From assembly GCA_951406725.2 (NCBI GenBank), contig OX597833.1, forward strand, positions 55,862,001 to 55,926,000: a stretch of 64,000 bases of DNA, written 5' to 3'. Under the pieces are notes generated by a model that saw only the letters and a list, made by a program, of their open reading frames with translations, ran no database searches and was not told the origin of the DNA. The DNA is from Octopus vulgaris (Eukaryota). Below, in pieces: positions 1 through 12,408 of the stretch. The position numbers and the translations under genes were made by a program. How positions within the stretch are numbered: the first letter of the stretch is position 1; each line of letters opens with the position of its first letter.

Positions 1-165
1 TACAGAATGGAATTTGTAACAGTTATCCAAGTCACTGTCAACCATTTCCTTGTAAATATTAATAAATTTGCACTTTACTAAAAATATAGTGTTATCCTTC
101 AGCTTAATATTAAACTTATTTTTTAATTATTTACAACTTGACGATAAAACAAAATTATATTTATC

Positions 166-206
<41 letters not shown>

Positions 207-414
207 TTTATCTTTTACTTGTTTCAGTCTGTCTGCAGCTATGCTGGGTCACCGCATTCAAGGGTTTTTAGTCGAACAAATCGACCCCATGACTTCTTTC
301 TTAAAGCTTAATACTTATTCTACTGGTCTCTTTTGCCGAGCCGCTAACTTGCAGAGAAGCAAACACACCAACACCGATTGTCAATCAGTGGTGGGGAACA
401 AACACAGACACACT
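207..414 (-). mobile_element. 3' part of tRNA-derived SINE family A (octopus OR/OK-like CORE-type SINE)
   Basis: Reverse complement of the family A tail (CTTTTACTTGTTTCAGTC...CATGCTGG...GTCGA...AAACACAGACAC) seen in more than 10 other copies in the window. Confidence 0.8.
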
Positions 415-635
415 GACTTGTAATGCAATATATATATATATATATACATATGAAATAAAAGAAGGAAAATGCACACAGTTTTCATAGTTTTGATATATTT
501 TAAATGAAAGAGTATTGTGGTTGTCGACCGGCTTCGGTTTCGCTAATCATGACATTAAAATTATTGTAATATATATATTTTTTTGCATTACAACTCACAA
601 CGTGGGGATAATCTAAATTCTCATCCTCCCTTTTT

Positions 636-1008
<373 letters not shown>

Positions 1009-1125
1009 GCATATACATAAAAGCATACAGACATACACGCACGCGCGCGCATAGATATAAACAGTGCCCTCACACAAGCAACACATACATACATACATAC
1101 ATACATACATACATACATACATACA

Positions 1126-1156
<31 letters not shown>

Positions 1157-1220
1157 GAAATGTGTAAAAGCCTTTGTATGCTTTTCTTCTATTCCTTATT
1201 AATTAATGAATATGTACATA

Positions 1221-1575
1221 TATTCAGTCCCACTGCGTGGCATCTTGGGCAAATGTCTACTGCTGTAGCCTCGGGCCGACCAAAGCCTTGTGAGAGGATT
1301 TGGTAGACGGAAACTGAAAGAAGCCCGTCGTATATATGTATACGTATATATATGTGTGTGTGTGTTTGTATGTCTGTGTTTGTTCCCCTAGCATTGCTTG
1401 ACAACCGATGCTGGTGTGTTTACGTCGCCGTCACTTAGTGGTTCGGCAAAAGAAACCGATAGAATAAGTACTGGGCTTACAAGGAATAAGTCCTGGGGTC
1501 GATTTGCTCGACTAAAGGTGGTGCTCCAGCATGGCCGCAGTCAAATGACTGAAACAAGTAAAAGAATAAAGAGTG
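1221..1575 (+). mobile_element. SINE family A, 5'-truncated
   Basis: Starts at TTCAGTCCCACTGCGTGGCATCTTGGGCAA; has the internal microsatellite and the family tail. Confidence 0.85.
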
Positions 1576-1723
1576 TATATGTGTGTATGTGCGTACGTGT
1601 GTGTGTGCTTATGTATACATACGTATGTATGTGAATGAGTCTGTCTTATATGTATGTGTGTGTGCATACTTATACGCTGTTTTGTATGAACTTGTACATA
1701 CAAATATATTTACTGATTTATAA

Positions 1724-1764
<41 letters not shown>

Positions 1765-1807
1765 CATAGCACACACATATACATACATACATACATACAT
1801 ACATACA

Positions 1808-1840
<33 letters not shown>

Positions 1841-2429
1841 GCATACATACATATATACATACATACATGCACAATCATATACAGCCCACACACAAGCATG
1901 AGCTTATACATGCAAAAATATGCTGACAATTTTCCAAACTACAGAGAAAGCCAGTCTCTTTTCTGGTCTTACGCTATTTATTTATCTATCTTTTCTGGTC
2001 TTTTTTCCTGATTTTGTTTTTAACCTTCTTTTCTTCGGCTGGCTTCCTTGAAGCTGAATTTGCGGCTAAACGAGGAATCATTTCAAGACAGAGCCTCTTC
2101 AGCTATCCTTTTGGAAGTTGTCTGTAACGTACTGCTCCGTTTGCTATTTACTGCGGCTGGCTCGCATTTTATCGTCTGTTTTCTATTGTTATATTTTATG
2201 TTATTTTTCATGATGAGCGCGCTTTGTTTTCTTATATTTGTATCTGTTGGTTGTATTCAATATTAATCTTTTGCCTAACCAAAGTAAAATAACAGACTTA
2301 TTGAGATTGCTGCAGTGTTATGGTTACTGCTAATGCTTATATAACAATTCGCTCATTGTTATTCTTCTTCTTGTTCTTGATTTTGTTGCTGTTGTAGAGA
2401 ATGTTCATGCAATAGGATATTGCATAAGA

Positions 2430-2760
2430 TTAATTAGATACAGAGAAATTTCGGTTCTGAATTTGTGTCCAAGAGAAAGAGAATATTGATAAGGAACATT
2501 GATAAAGATTTTTCAAATCTATGGAACATTGATAAGAATTTTGCAAATCCAGTATCCAAGATACCCTTCAAGCTTCGTACCTATTATTATTAGAGCAACA
2601 GGACACATACCGACTCGTCTGGAGCAAAGTATAGCTTAATTTGGTGTCTTCAGGAAAGAATGCAAATCCTTAATTCATATGCTACAAAATGATCACGATA
2701 TCTAGGGCTATAAAAATCTGCAAGTCCTTCTTATTAGTTAAGGATTATGATTAAAACAAG
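2430..2760 (+). mobile_element. Decayed 3' end of a restriction-like-endonuclease non-LTR retrotransposon (R4/Dong-like)
   Basis: Translation FVPIIIRATGHIPTRLEQSIA*FG resembles the C-terminal VPIVIGALGxIP motif of REL-type LINE ORFs; stops are present. Confidence 0.45.
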
Positions 2761-2994
2761 ATACTTTCCTTCACAACCTTGCAACTAAGTAGGTGGTCGG
2801 CCAAAATTTACTCAAAAATTAAAAAGAGAAAGAGAACATACATACATGATGATTGGCTCATCTTGTCATATGATAGCCGTCTCACAATCAGAAATGGTCC
2901 TAAGATACCAGGACATCACTGGATTTAAGAAACAAAAGATTGTACAACACTTGCCGCGCTCTCAGTTGCCATAATAGGTTCCAGTGACAAGTAT

Positions 2995-3740
2995 TCTTTT
3001 CTACTCTAGGCAAAAGGCCCGAAATTTTGGGGGAAGGCGTCAGTCGATTATATCCATCCCAGTACGTAACCGGTACTTAATTTATCGACCCTGAAAGGAT
3101 GAAAAGCAAAGTCGACCTCGGCGGAATTTGAACTCAGAACGTAACGGCAGACGAAATACCACTAAGCATTTCACCCGGCATGCTAACATTTCTTATTTTT
3201 TTATTGCCCACAAGGGGCCAAACATAGAGGGGGCAAACAAGGATAGACAAAGAAATTAAGGCGAATTTATCGACCCCGAAAGGATGAAAAGCAAAGTCAA
3301 CCTCAACGGAATTTGAACACAGAACGTAGCGACAGACGAAATACCTATTTCTTTAATACCCACAAGGGGCTAAACACAGAGAGGACAAACAAGGACAGAC
3401 ATAGGTATTAAGTCGATTACATCGACCCCAGTGCGTCCCTGGTACTTATTTAATCGACCCCAAAAGGATAAAAGGCAAAGTCGAACTCGGTGGAATTTGA
3501 ACTCAGAACGTAGCGGCAGACGAAATACCGCTAAGCTTCCCGAATCGTTAGCTCGCCGTACAAAATACTCAGCGTCGTTTCGTCTGTCTTTACGTTGTGA
3601 GTCGAAATTCAGCCTTGGTCGACTTTTCTTTTCATCCTTTCGGGTTCGATAAAATAATTACCAGTTGAGCATTGGGGGTCGTTATAATCGATTTACCTCC
3701 ACTCCCACCGAACTTGCCGGACTTTGTGCCAAAATTTGAA
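2995..3740. mobile_element. Cluster of SINE family B units: tandem minus-strand copies (2995-3535) followed by a plus-strand copy (3540-3740)
   Basis: Repeated TTTATCGACCCCGAAAGGATGAAAGGCAAAGTCGACCTCGGCGGAATTTGAACTCAGAACGT, then its diverged reverse complement. Confidence 0.85.
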
Positions 3741-3987
3741 GGCAATGTTAAAATAATATCTAACTTCAATATTGATAGTTGTAATTCCTTATGCATCCTG
3801 CATAAATATAGTTTATGTGAGAGCTCGTGTGCGTGCGCGCGCGCGCGTGTGTGTGTGTTGTGTGTGTGAGTGCTGTGTGTGTATGTGTGTGTGCATGTGT
3901 GTGTATTGTACGCGTGTACGTTTGTGGACATTCATCAGTTTTTGTTGTTCCACAGGTGAGCCGCTGTTATTGATAATCCAGATATAT

Positions 3988-4078
<91 letters not shown>

Positions 4079-4399
4079 TACACACACGCACATGCATATA
4101 TATACATGTGTACAAATACACGATCTTATCTACGATAAATGTTATGAATGGCGTAGGATCCGGTTTCAAGGCTTTGAATGGATGAGTCGTAGATGCAACC
4201 GGGGATATGACACACTCTCAAATGATCGGGTTACTTATTACCGAGAGTTACGACAGTAAAACCAAATACTCTGCCAAAATATACAAATATACAAGGAAAC
4301 ACATGTAGTGGAATGGAACTGGAGACATGGCCACATTTAACAGGCATCTCACATCTTCCGAGGGATGCACACAGTGTAAATAAATGAAACAAGCATACA

Positions 4400-4479
<80 letters not shown>

Positions 4480-4486
4480 AGGAGTA

Positions 4487-4665
4487 GGCGTAGGAGTGGC
4501 TGTGTAGTAAGTAGCTTGCTTACGAACAATATTGTTCCGTGTTCAGTCCCACTGCGTGACACCTTGGGCAAGTGTCTTCTACTATAGCCTCGGGCCGACC
4601 AAAGCCTTGTGAGTGGATTTGGTAGACGGAAAATAAAAGAAGCCCGTCGTATATATGTATATATG

Positions 4666-4725
<60 letters not shown>

Positions 4726-4950
4726 TGTGTTTGTGTGTGTGTTTGTGTGTCTGTGTTTGTTCCCCCAACATCGCTTGACAACCGATGCTGGTGTGTTTAC
4801 GTCCCCATAACTTAGCAGTTCGGCAAAAGAGACCGATAGAATAAGTACTAGGCTTACAAAGAATAAGTCCTGGGGTCGATTTGCTCGACTAAAGGCGCTA
4901 CTCCAGCATGGCCACAGTCAAATAACTCAAACAAGTAAAAGAGTAAAAGA
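4487..4950 (+). mobile_element. Full-length SINE family A
   Basis: tRNA-like head with A box (TGGCTGTGTAGTAA) and B box (GTTCAGTCCC), CORE-like ACCTTGGGCAAGT, internal (TA)/(TG) tract, AAAAGAGT tail. Confidence 0.9.
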
Positions 4951-5290
4951 TATATATACAAAGGTAAGCAGAGTTAGCGGTTGTAGTAACCGACTAAGGG
5001 ATAATAGTATCCGTACATACTATCGGTATCAATTGCCTGTGTTATCTCAAACATGGGTGTGCAGGCACACTACGCTCATAGGGTTTAATTAACAACAGAA
5101 TAAACAAAAGTTTATCAGGAATCAAGTTTAAATAATCAGAAAATGGAGAACACTTTTGATCAACAAACAAATTGAAATCGGTTGATTATTTTTTAATACA
5201 AAACATGACGTAAAAAATAATCAACCGATGTGGTTCAGTTTGTTTGTTTGTTTGTTGATCAAAAGTTTTTTCCATTTTCTGATTAGCTAA

Positions 5291-5349
<59 letters not shown>

Positions 5350-5356
<7 letters not shown>

Positions 5357-5810
5357 AATGAGGGTGAAAAATTGATATTAATTTAATAATACCATTAATT
5401 TAACACCGAGTGGCTTAGCACAAAAAACTACGGAGAAAATACAAATTTATACATAAATTATTTGAGAGTTAACCACTATGTGGATAACTCTAGTGCTAAA
5501 AATAGCCCCGATAGTATAGCCACAGAAAAAAGATGTTTCCAACTAGAAGTAACATACATTTAACGGAAGGAAAGTGAAATATAACGAATAAATAGATTGA
5601 CCCTGAACAAATTGTTTCATTACTAATGTAATATGTAATTTTACTTACATACACATCTATAAATCATCAGCAGAAGTTTGTCTTAAATACAATTAATTAG
5701 ACCGACACGAGCGTCAAAAACACGAGCGGTTTAACGAATTGCATTTTTAGTTCGGGGCTATTTTTAGCACTAGAGTTATCCACATAGTGGTTAACTCTCT
5801 AATAATTTAT
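5350..5810 (-). mobile_element. Penelope-like non-coding relic between (TA)n tracts, with 59-bp inverted arms flanking a hammerhead motif
   Basis: Arms 5453-5511 and 5752-5810 are reverse complements with few mismatches; a hammerhead core lies between them. Confidence 0.6.
5603..5673 (-). ncRNA. Type I hammerhead ribozyme motif with extended AU-rich stem II
   Basis: Minus strand: ctg-CTGATGA-[stem II including TATGTAA/TTACATA]-GAAA-CAATTT-GTT-cag; GUU triplet. Confidence 0.55.
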
Positions 5811-5842
5811 ATATATATATATATACACACAAACACACACAC

Positions 5843-5921
<79 letters not shown>

Positions 5922-6139
5922 TAGATAAACTTAGATATGTTTCGACCAAAGATTGGTCCAGGCCATGTCTAACTTAATAGCACCACCTGATAGGATTATT
6001 TGAATCCTGTTTAAGTCAAGCTTTGCTTATGGTCCATTCAAGTAGTGAGTTATTGTTGGGTGAGTTGTATCCAATTATGGGTGGCTTATCTGGTATTCTT
6101 TGAAGGAATCTATCCAGATATACATATATATATACATAT

Positions 6140-6377
6140 ACTCTTTTACTCTTTTACTTGTTTCAGTCATTTGACTGTGGCCATACTGGAGTACCGCCTT
6201 TTTAGTCGAGCAAATCGACCCCAGGACTTATTCTTTGTAAGCCTAGTACTTTTTCTATCTGTCTGTTTTGCCGAACTGCTAAGTTACGGGGACGTAAACA
6301 CACCACCATCGGTCGTCAAGCGATGTTGGGGGTACAAACACAGACACACAAACACACACACACAAACACACACACAT

Positions 6378-6412
<35 letters not shown>

Positions 6413-6608
6413 CATACATATATATACGACACACATATATATATACATATATATACGACGGGCTTCTTTCAGTTTCCGTCTACCAAATCCACTCAAGGCA
6501 TTGGTCGGCCCGAGGCTATAGCAGAAGACATTTGCCCAAGGTGCCACGCAGTGGGACTAAATCCGGAACCATGTGGTTCGTAAGCAAAATACTTATCACA
6601 CAGTCACT

Positions 6609-6611
<3 letters not shown>
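6140..6611 (-). mobile_element. Full-length SINE family A
   Basis: Reverse complement of 4487-4950. Confidence 0.9.
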
Positions 6612-6646
<35 letters not shown>

Positions 6647-6647
<1 letters not shown>

Positions 6648-6855
6648 CCACAAGACCTGAAATTTTTGTGAAAAGCTGCAAGTCAATTACATCGTCTCCG
6701 GTGCTCAACTGGTACTTTATTTTATCGACCCCGAAAGCATGAAAGGCAATGTCGATCTCGGAGGAATTTTGAGCTCAGAATGTAAAAGCGGACGAAATGG
6801 CTGCTAAGCATTTTTTCTATATATGCAGCGTGCTAAAGATTCTGCCAGCTCGTCA
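6647..6855 (-). mobile_element. SINE family B, diverged
   Basis: TTTATCGACCCCGAAAGCATGAAAGGCAA...CTGCCAGCTCG. Confidence 0.8.
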
Positions 6856-6887
6856 GAAGAAAGGCAAAATAGAATAAGCAAGCTTTT

Positions 6888-6888
6888 T

Positions 6889-6945
<57 letters not shown>

Positions 6946-7151
6946 GTTATTATTATTGTTGTTGTTGTTGTTGTTGTTGCTGCTGCTGCTGTTGTTGTTG
7001 TTGTTATTGTTGTTGTTGTTGTTCAGAAATTAAATGGGTTGTTTTTAAATACCGTTTTTTTAACATTTTGTTTTACCAATTTTACTTTGTTTCCTCATAG
7101 ATATTGCGCACAATTGAAAATGTGGTGTACTACAACTGCTGCTACTATAGA

Positions 7152-7200
<49 letters not shown>

Positions 7201-7273
7201 GCTACTACTACTACTACTACTACTACTGCTGCTACTGCTGCTACTACTACTATTACTACTACTACTACTGCTG

Positions 7274-7307
<34 letters not shown>

Positions 7308-7407
7308 TACTGCTACTGCTGCTGCTGCTACAGAAAGACGTGTTGGAATTGTGCTGCTGATGGCAGAAAACCCAACATATGGTGTACATGTATAGATTTA
7401 TATAGAT

Positions 7408-7496
<89 letters not shown>

Positions 7497-7559
7497 TTTA
7501 GATAGATAGATAGATACATCCTGCAAAATATATATATATATATATACATACTCACATAG

Positions 7560-7592
<33 letters not shown>

Positions 7593-7628
7593 TGCGTACT
7601 GTACACTCTCACACACATATATAACACT

Positions 7629-7670
<42 letters not shown>
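6888..7670. repeat. Compound microsatellites (ATC)n, (GTT)n, (CTA)n, (GATA)n, (TG)n
   Basis: Directly visible. Confidence 0.95.
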
Positions 7671-7673
<3 letters not shown>

Positions 7674-8174
7674 ATATATACAGATGTAAGGCGAAATAAT
7701 GGAAACCTCAGTTTTTTTTATTTAACTACTATTTTCTATTGGCAATATGACAAGTTGAAAACTGCTCTGGTCGGTACATATGTGTTCATATGCTTTGTGT
7801 CAGCCTTGTATTTCATAAAATAGCCCTTTTTTCTTTTCTTTCTTGCTTTGCTTTTTTCTTCTTTTTTTGTTTTGCAAATACTTAAGTTTAAATAAGTTAA
7901 ATGCGGGACTAATCTTATTTTCAAATAGGATTTGAAATTTGAAACGCTGATGCCTCGAGATACAGTCCTGAATTGTTCAATGCTTCTCTAAAATCACGTT
8001 GGCATCCGAAGCCAAGGTCAAACCAGCTCTGGCAAGCACAATTCTGGACGGAAAACAAAGCTCACAGAGAGGATTCGCAGAATAGTGAAACGTATTGTCT
8101 CTACATAGCAGAGTTATCGCCAAGGATTATTTGGGTATTTTGGCTGGCCATGCCCATCCTACAGTACGAACTTC

Positions 8175-8390
8175 GGATCTTTACCTTTTTTTGACCTACA
8201 GATTTAAAAATTAATTTTTTGTAACTAAACACTTTCAAACTTCGGACACTGGTAGAATGTGTCATATAAAACACCTTTTACTCTTAGCATTTTTGAGAAA
8301 AAACTTATATTTACGAAGTTATTTCACGTTAAAGTTCTCGTATTTCGGTAATTTCAACCAATCAATGACGTGTATTCAGCTGAATAAAAT
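8175..8390 (+). mobile_element. Solo terminal arm of the Merlin-like fold-back family
   Basis: GGATCT...TAACTAAACACTTTCAAACTTCG..ACTGGTAGAATGTGTC matches the arm starting at 11273 and 56523. Confidence 0.75.
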
Positions 8391-8391
8391 T

Positions 8392-8445
8392 GTGGTGATG
8401 GTAGTAGTCGTAGTAGTAGTGGTCGTAGTGGTGGTAGTGGTGGTG

Positions 8446-8501
<56 letters not shown>

Positions 8502-8529
8502 GGTGGTGGTGGTAGTAGTAGTAGTGGTG

Positions 8530-8621
<92 letters not shown>

Positions 8622-8662
8622 GGTGGTGGTGGTGGTGGTGGTGTTGGTGGCGGTGGTGGTCT

Positions 8663-8699
<37 letters not shown>

Positions 8700-8700
8700 T
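8392..8700. repeat. (GTA)n/(GTG)n microsatellite
   Basis: Directly visible. Confidence 0.95.
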
Positions 8701-9324
8701 ATGGACCATTTTCCCGGTTTTTTGTGAGATTAAATGAATGATGGAATGTTACATATGACCCCTGAAATATGGAATGATTAACAAACGGCGAACAAGAAGA
8801 CGAAATGACGACCTGAGCGTTGATCGAACGAGTTTAAACGGGTGCATTAACCTAGTCTCGAGTTAATCGTACCTAGCAATTTACAACAAGCCTCGCTGAT
8901 TCTAAAGGTTGGTTACTTATTAAAATACCCCGTATTTTCCTCTTCCTCTACCCGTTCATCTGATCTTTCTGTTCCTCTCATTGCTCTAATCCTGCCATTA
9001 ACTCTTGCTACCGCATAAACTTTACCATTTCTCTGTTAATACTCCCCTACCCCGATACTAAGTCACACGCGCTGCTATTTTCCCACTATATTAGTTTTAG
9101 TTCGTATATGAAAATTATATTAAAATTAGCTAATTAGCCGTGAGGTGTGGAAAATTCATTTATCGGTTTTTGGTTTTGTTGAAGGTGTCTGATTTATTTT
9201 ATTTCATTTTTTTTTATCAGCCAAGTTTTATGAATTAGTTTTTGCCGACGCAAACCACCGCCATTTTCCTCGGATTTTGGATCTTAACCTTATTACATTA
9301 TACCAACCTCACCAATTCCACACT

Positions 9325-9748
9325 AATACCTATTTCTTTATTACCCACAAGGGGCTAAACACAGAGGGAACAAACAGGGTCAGACAAACGGATTAAGTCG
9401 ATTACATCGACCCCAGTGCGTAACTGGTACTTAATTTATCGACCCTGAAAGGATGAAAGGCAAAGTCGACCTCGGCGGAATTTGAACTCAGAACGTAGCG
9501 GCAGACGAAATACCTATTTCTTTACTACCCACAAGGGGCTAAACACAGATGGAACAAACAACGACAGACAAACGGATTAAGTCGATTACATCGACCCCAG
9601 TGCGTAACTGGTACTTAATTTATCGACCCCGAAAGGATGAAAGGCAAAGTCGACCTCGGCGGAATTTGAACTCAGAACGTAACGGCAGACAAAATGCCGC
9701 TCAGTATTTCTCCCGGCGTGCTAACGTGTCTGCCAGTTCGCCGCCTTC
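9325..9748 (-). mobile_element. SINE family B tandem dimer
   Basis: Two ~185-bp units; only the second ends in the tRNA-like head (CTGCCAGTTCGCCGCC on +). Confidence 0.9.
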
Positions 9749-10434
9749 TACTCTACTCTACTTCTATACGCCTTTGAGATGTAATGATTTAGCATCTACT
9801 CGCCATGTCCGCAAACAGAAACTACGTTTTAAAAATCTCTTATCTCTCGACGTTTACTCAATTGACCTTAATTATGATTATGCTGCTTGTGAGCTATGTT
9901 GTTACTTTTTTAACGTCTACAAACATTTGGCTGAATACATTGTACTATAGTATCTCTGTTGGGGATTATATATTGTTGAGTTTGGCGAACTGTAACTTTA
10001 TCTCTTGGTGGAAGTGGCTTCATCGAGAGTAGAGGTTGTTGTGCTAATTGATGTCTGAGTGGATTCTTGTGGATATTTTATAAATTTTTCTTTTTTTTTT
10101 TTCTCTCTCTCTCTCTCTCTTTCAAGAATGTGTAAGAAAGCTTTTGTTGATAGTAATATCCAGAATTGAGGCTTTGTTAAGAAGGTTTTTAAAAATGTGT
10201 TAGTTGTGGGCGTTTATAATTTGCATTTAAGATAGGCGGATCGTAAAAACATTTTCAAATTAACTGTCTGAACTTTGGCAATATTTGACTATAATAGATT
10301 GTGTTTTATAATTCAACGCAGCACCGCGTTATAAAGCAGACAAAATACGTATCTAAATGTTTGAGACGAGTGGAGTTGGAACATTTCCTTTTAATTCTCC
10401 CAAGAATTATTAAATAAGAACCAGTAATGATGGC

Positions 10435-10650
10435 TGCTGATTTAGGCAGAAGGCCAGTAATTTTGAGGAAAGAGAGTAAGTCGATTCCATCGACCCCAGT
10501 ACTTGACTGGTACTTTATGTCACGACCCTAAAACAATGAAAGGTAAAGCTGACCTCGTCAGGATTTGAGTTTAGTACATTAACATCCAGAACGAATACAC
10601 TCTTGAAGCATTTCTCCGACGCTTTAACGGCTTTGCCAGTTCACCGCCCG
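10435..10650 (-). mobile_element. SINE family B, old diverged copy
   Basis: GTCGATTCCATCGACCCCAGTACTTGACTGGTAC...TGCCAGTTCACCGCC. Confidence 0.7.
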
Positions 10651-10840
10651 GATCTTTTCGGGCAATAAAGAATTGAATATGTACATTCAGATAAGGAGAG
10701 CGAAAGAGACAGAGAGACGGGGGAGAAGGAGGGAGAAAGAGACATATAGAGGAAAAAGAGAAAGGAGAGAACAAAACTAACATAGAAATATTAAAATTCT
10801 AAATATCTCATAGAGACATGAGCGGTGGTGGAGCGATAGA

Positions 10841-11177
10841 GTGGTTGTATACTGTCAACTTAACGTGACAGTGTTGTAAGGGAATTACACCACCGCTGTT
10901 TAGCCCTAGGAAGCATCGACTTCGTAGAAGTCTAGACAGATATCTTCAGCTAGCAGGCCTCTGCTATTCTAGACTGATGATGGGCAAGACCCAGAAACAT
11001 GCATGTCTCTAGATGCAGGCCTAGCTATTGGGGGTGTTTGTCTCCTTTTCCTAAATATATAAGGACACAGGAAATGTGTCAAAGCCGACAGGAAGCGTCG
11101 ATGCTTCCTAGGGCTAAACAGCGGTGGTGTAATTCCCTTTACGGGACTGTCACGTTAAGTTGACAGTATACAACCAC
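10841..11177. mobile_element. 337-bp fold-back element with ~80-bp terminal inverted repeats enclosing a hammerhead ribozyme
   Basis: GTGGTTGTATACTGTCAACTTAACGTGACAGT...GAAGCATCGAC (10841-10920) is the near-perfect reverse complement of ~11097-11177. Confidence 0.85.
10961..11018 (+). ncRNA. Type I hammerhead ribozyme (intact core, GUC cleavage triplet)
   Basis: tctaga-CTGATGA-TGGG caaga CCCA-GAAA-CATGCAT-GTC-tctaga: stem I TCTAGA/TCTAGA, stem II TGGG/CCCA, palindromic stem III ACATGCATGT; predicted cleavage after C11007. Confidence 0.88.
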
Positions 11178-11272
11178 AAAAATAACATAATAACGAGAGA
11201 AATATTAAAATTGGGGTTACATAAGCCAGTGTCGAAGTAGCTGCACCAAACAGGTTGTGCTAGAACGTCTTA

Positions 11273-11927
11273 GGATCTGTTCCTTTTGACCGGCAGACAA
11301 TTTCTAGTTAACTAAACACTTTTAAACTTCGTATACTGGTAGAATGTGTCAAAATAAAACATTTTTTTCTCTTGGCTTTCTTGAGAAAATTGTAATTTGT
11401 TTGTTTAACGTAGTTTAATTTTTCGAATTTTAACCAATCCTATGCTCTCTTTTGAGCTAAAATCATTTGCTGCGTCTAAAACTGAGACAACATCCTGTAA
11501 CTAACCCTAAACCTCCCCCCTAAACCTAACCATAACCCTAAATTTTTTTTTCTTAATTGTTAAATTAATTTAATTGTTACGAGTGTAAAACAAAAACTAA
11601 AGCAATGGAATTAAATTAATTTAACAATTAAGAAAAAAAAAAATTAGGGTTAGGGTTAGGGTTAGGGGGAGGTTTAGGGTTAGTTACAGGATGTTGTCTC
11701 AGTTTTAGACGCAGCAAATGATTTTAGTTGAATGGAGGTAATCGATTGGTTAAAATTGCCGAAATGCTCGGATTTTCAGACGAAATATCTTACAAACTAT
11801 AGAATTTTCTCAATAAAACCAAGAGAAAATGATGTTTTATAAACACATTCTACCAGTATACGAAGTTTAAAAGTGTTTAGTTAACTAGAAATTGTGTTGA
11901 CATCTGCCGTTCAAAAGGAAAAGAGCC
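11273..11927. mobile_element. 655-bp non-autonomous fold-back DNA transposon (Merlin-like) with an 8-bp TSD
   Basis: ~300-bp imperfect inverted arms starting GG and ending CC; ACGTCTTA duplicated at 11265-11272 and 11928-11935; internal TTAGGG/CCCTAA repeats. Confidence 0.85.
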
Positions 11928-12408
11928 ACGTCTTATATACCCCACCTTCATCTAAGAACGAAAATCGTAATAAGATACAGTAAGTGAAATGATGTATCTT
12001 AAACTAAGAATCGAACCTGTGACGCCCGACTCGAACTACATTAGGAACTAACCTGTTCTCTTACATCGGCCGTACTTTTGTTAAGGTTGTATGATGAGCG
12101 ATATGTATGATGCATGTCGTATGGTATTTTCTGCCCACATCATCTCTGACTTCAGTTCCGCGCTGGAGCGACGAACATCTGTGGTTTTTTTTGGCAATTA
12201 CTGTTGGAATGTCTTAACAACAACTGAACTGCTTAACATACCATGCAGTCGGCTTCAGCTGGCAATCGAGTGACACTCACACAACAGGGAGTAGAGTAGA
12301 CTAGACAGACAGACGGGCAGGCAGACATACCTAGAGAGAGAGTCGGGCCAATAGCAGGCATTCATACATCTACACAGACACACACACATATGTATATATA
12401 TATATATA

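Noticed and set aside
2030-2190. GC-richer coding-looking patch
   Set aside because: In-frame stops and no convincing splice sites
4487-4560. tRNA-like sequences at SINE heads
   Set aside because: A/B boxes are present but there is no complete cloverleaf, and they always continue into SINE bodies
5925-5975. Hammerhead-like GACCAA..TTGGTC-GAAACATA on the minus strand
   Set aside because: Stems are plausible, but the CUGANGA box is replaced by CATGGCCTG
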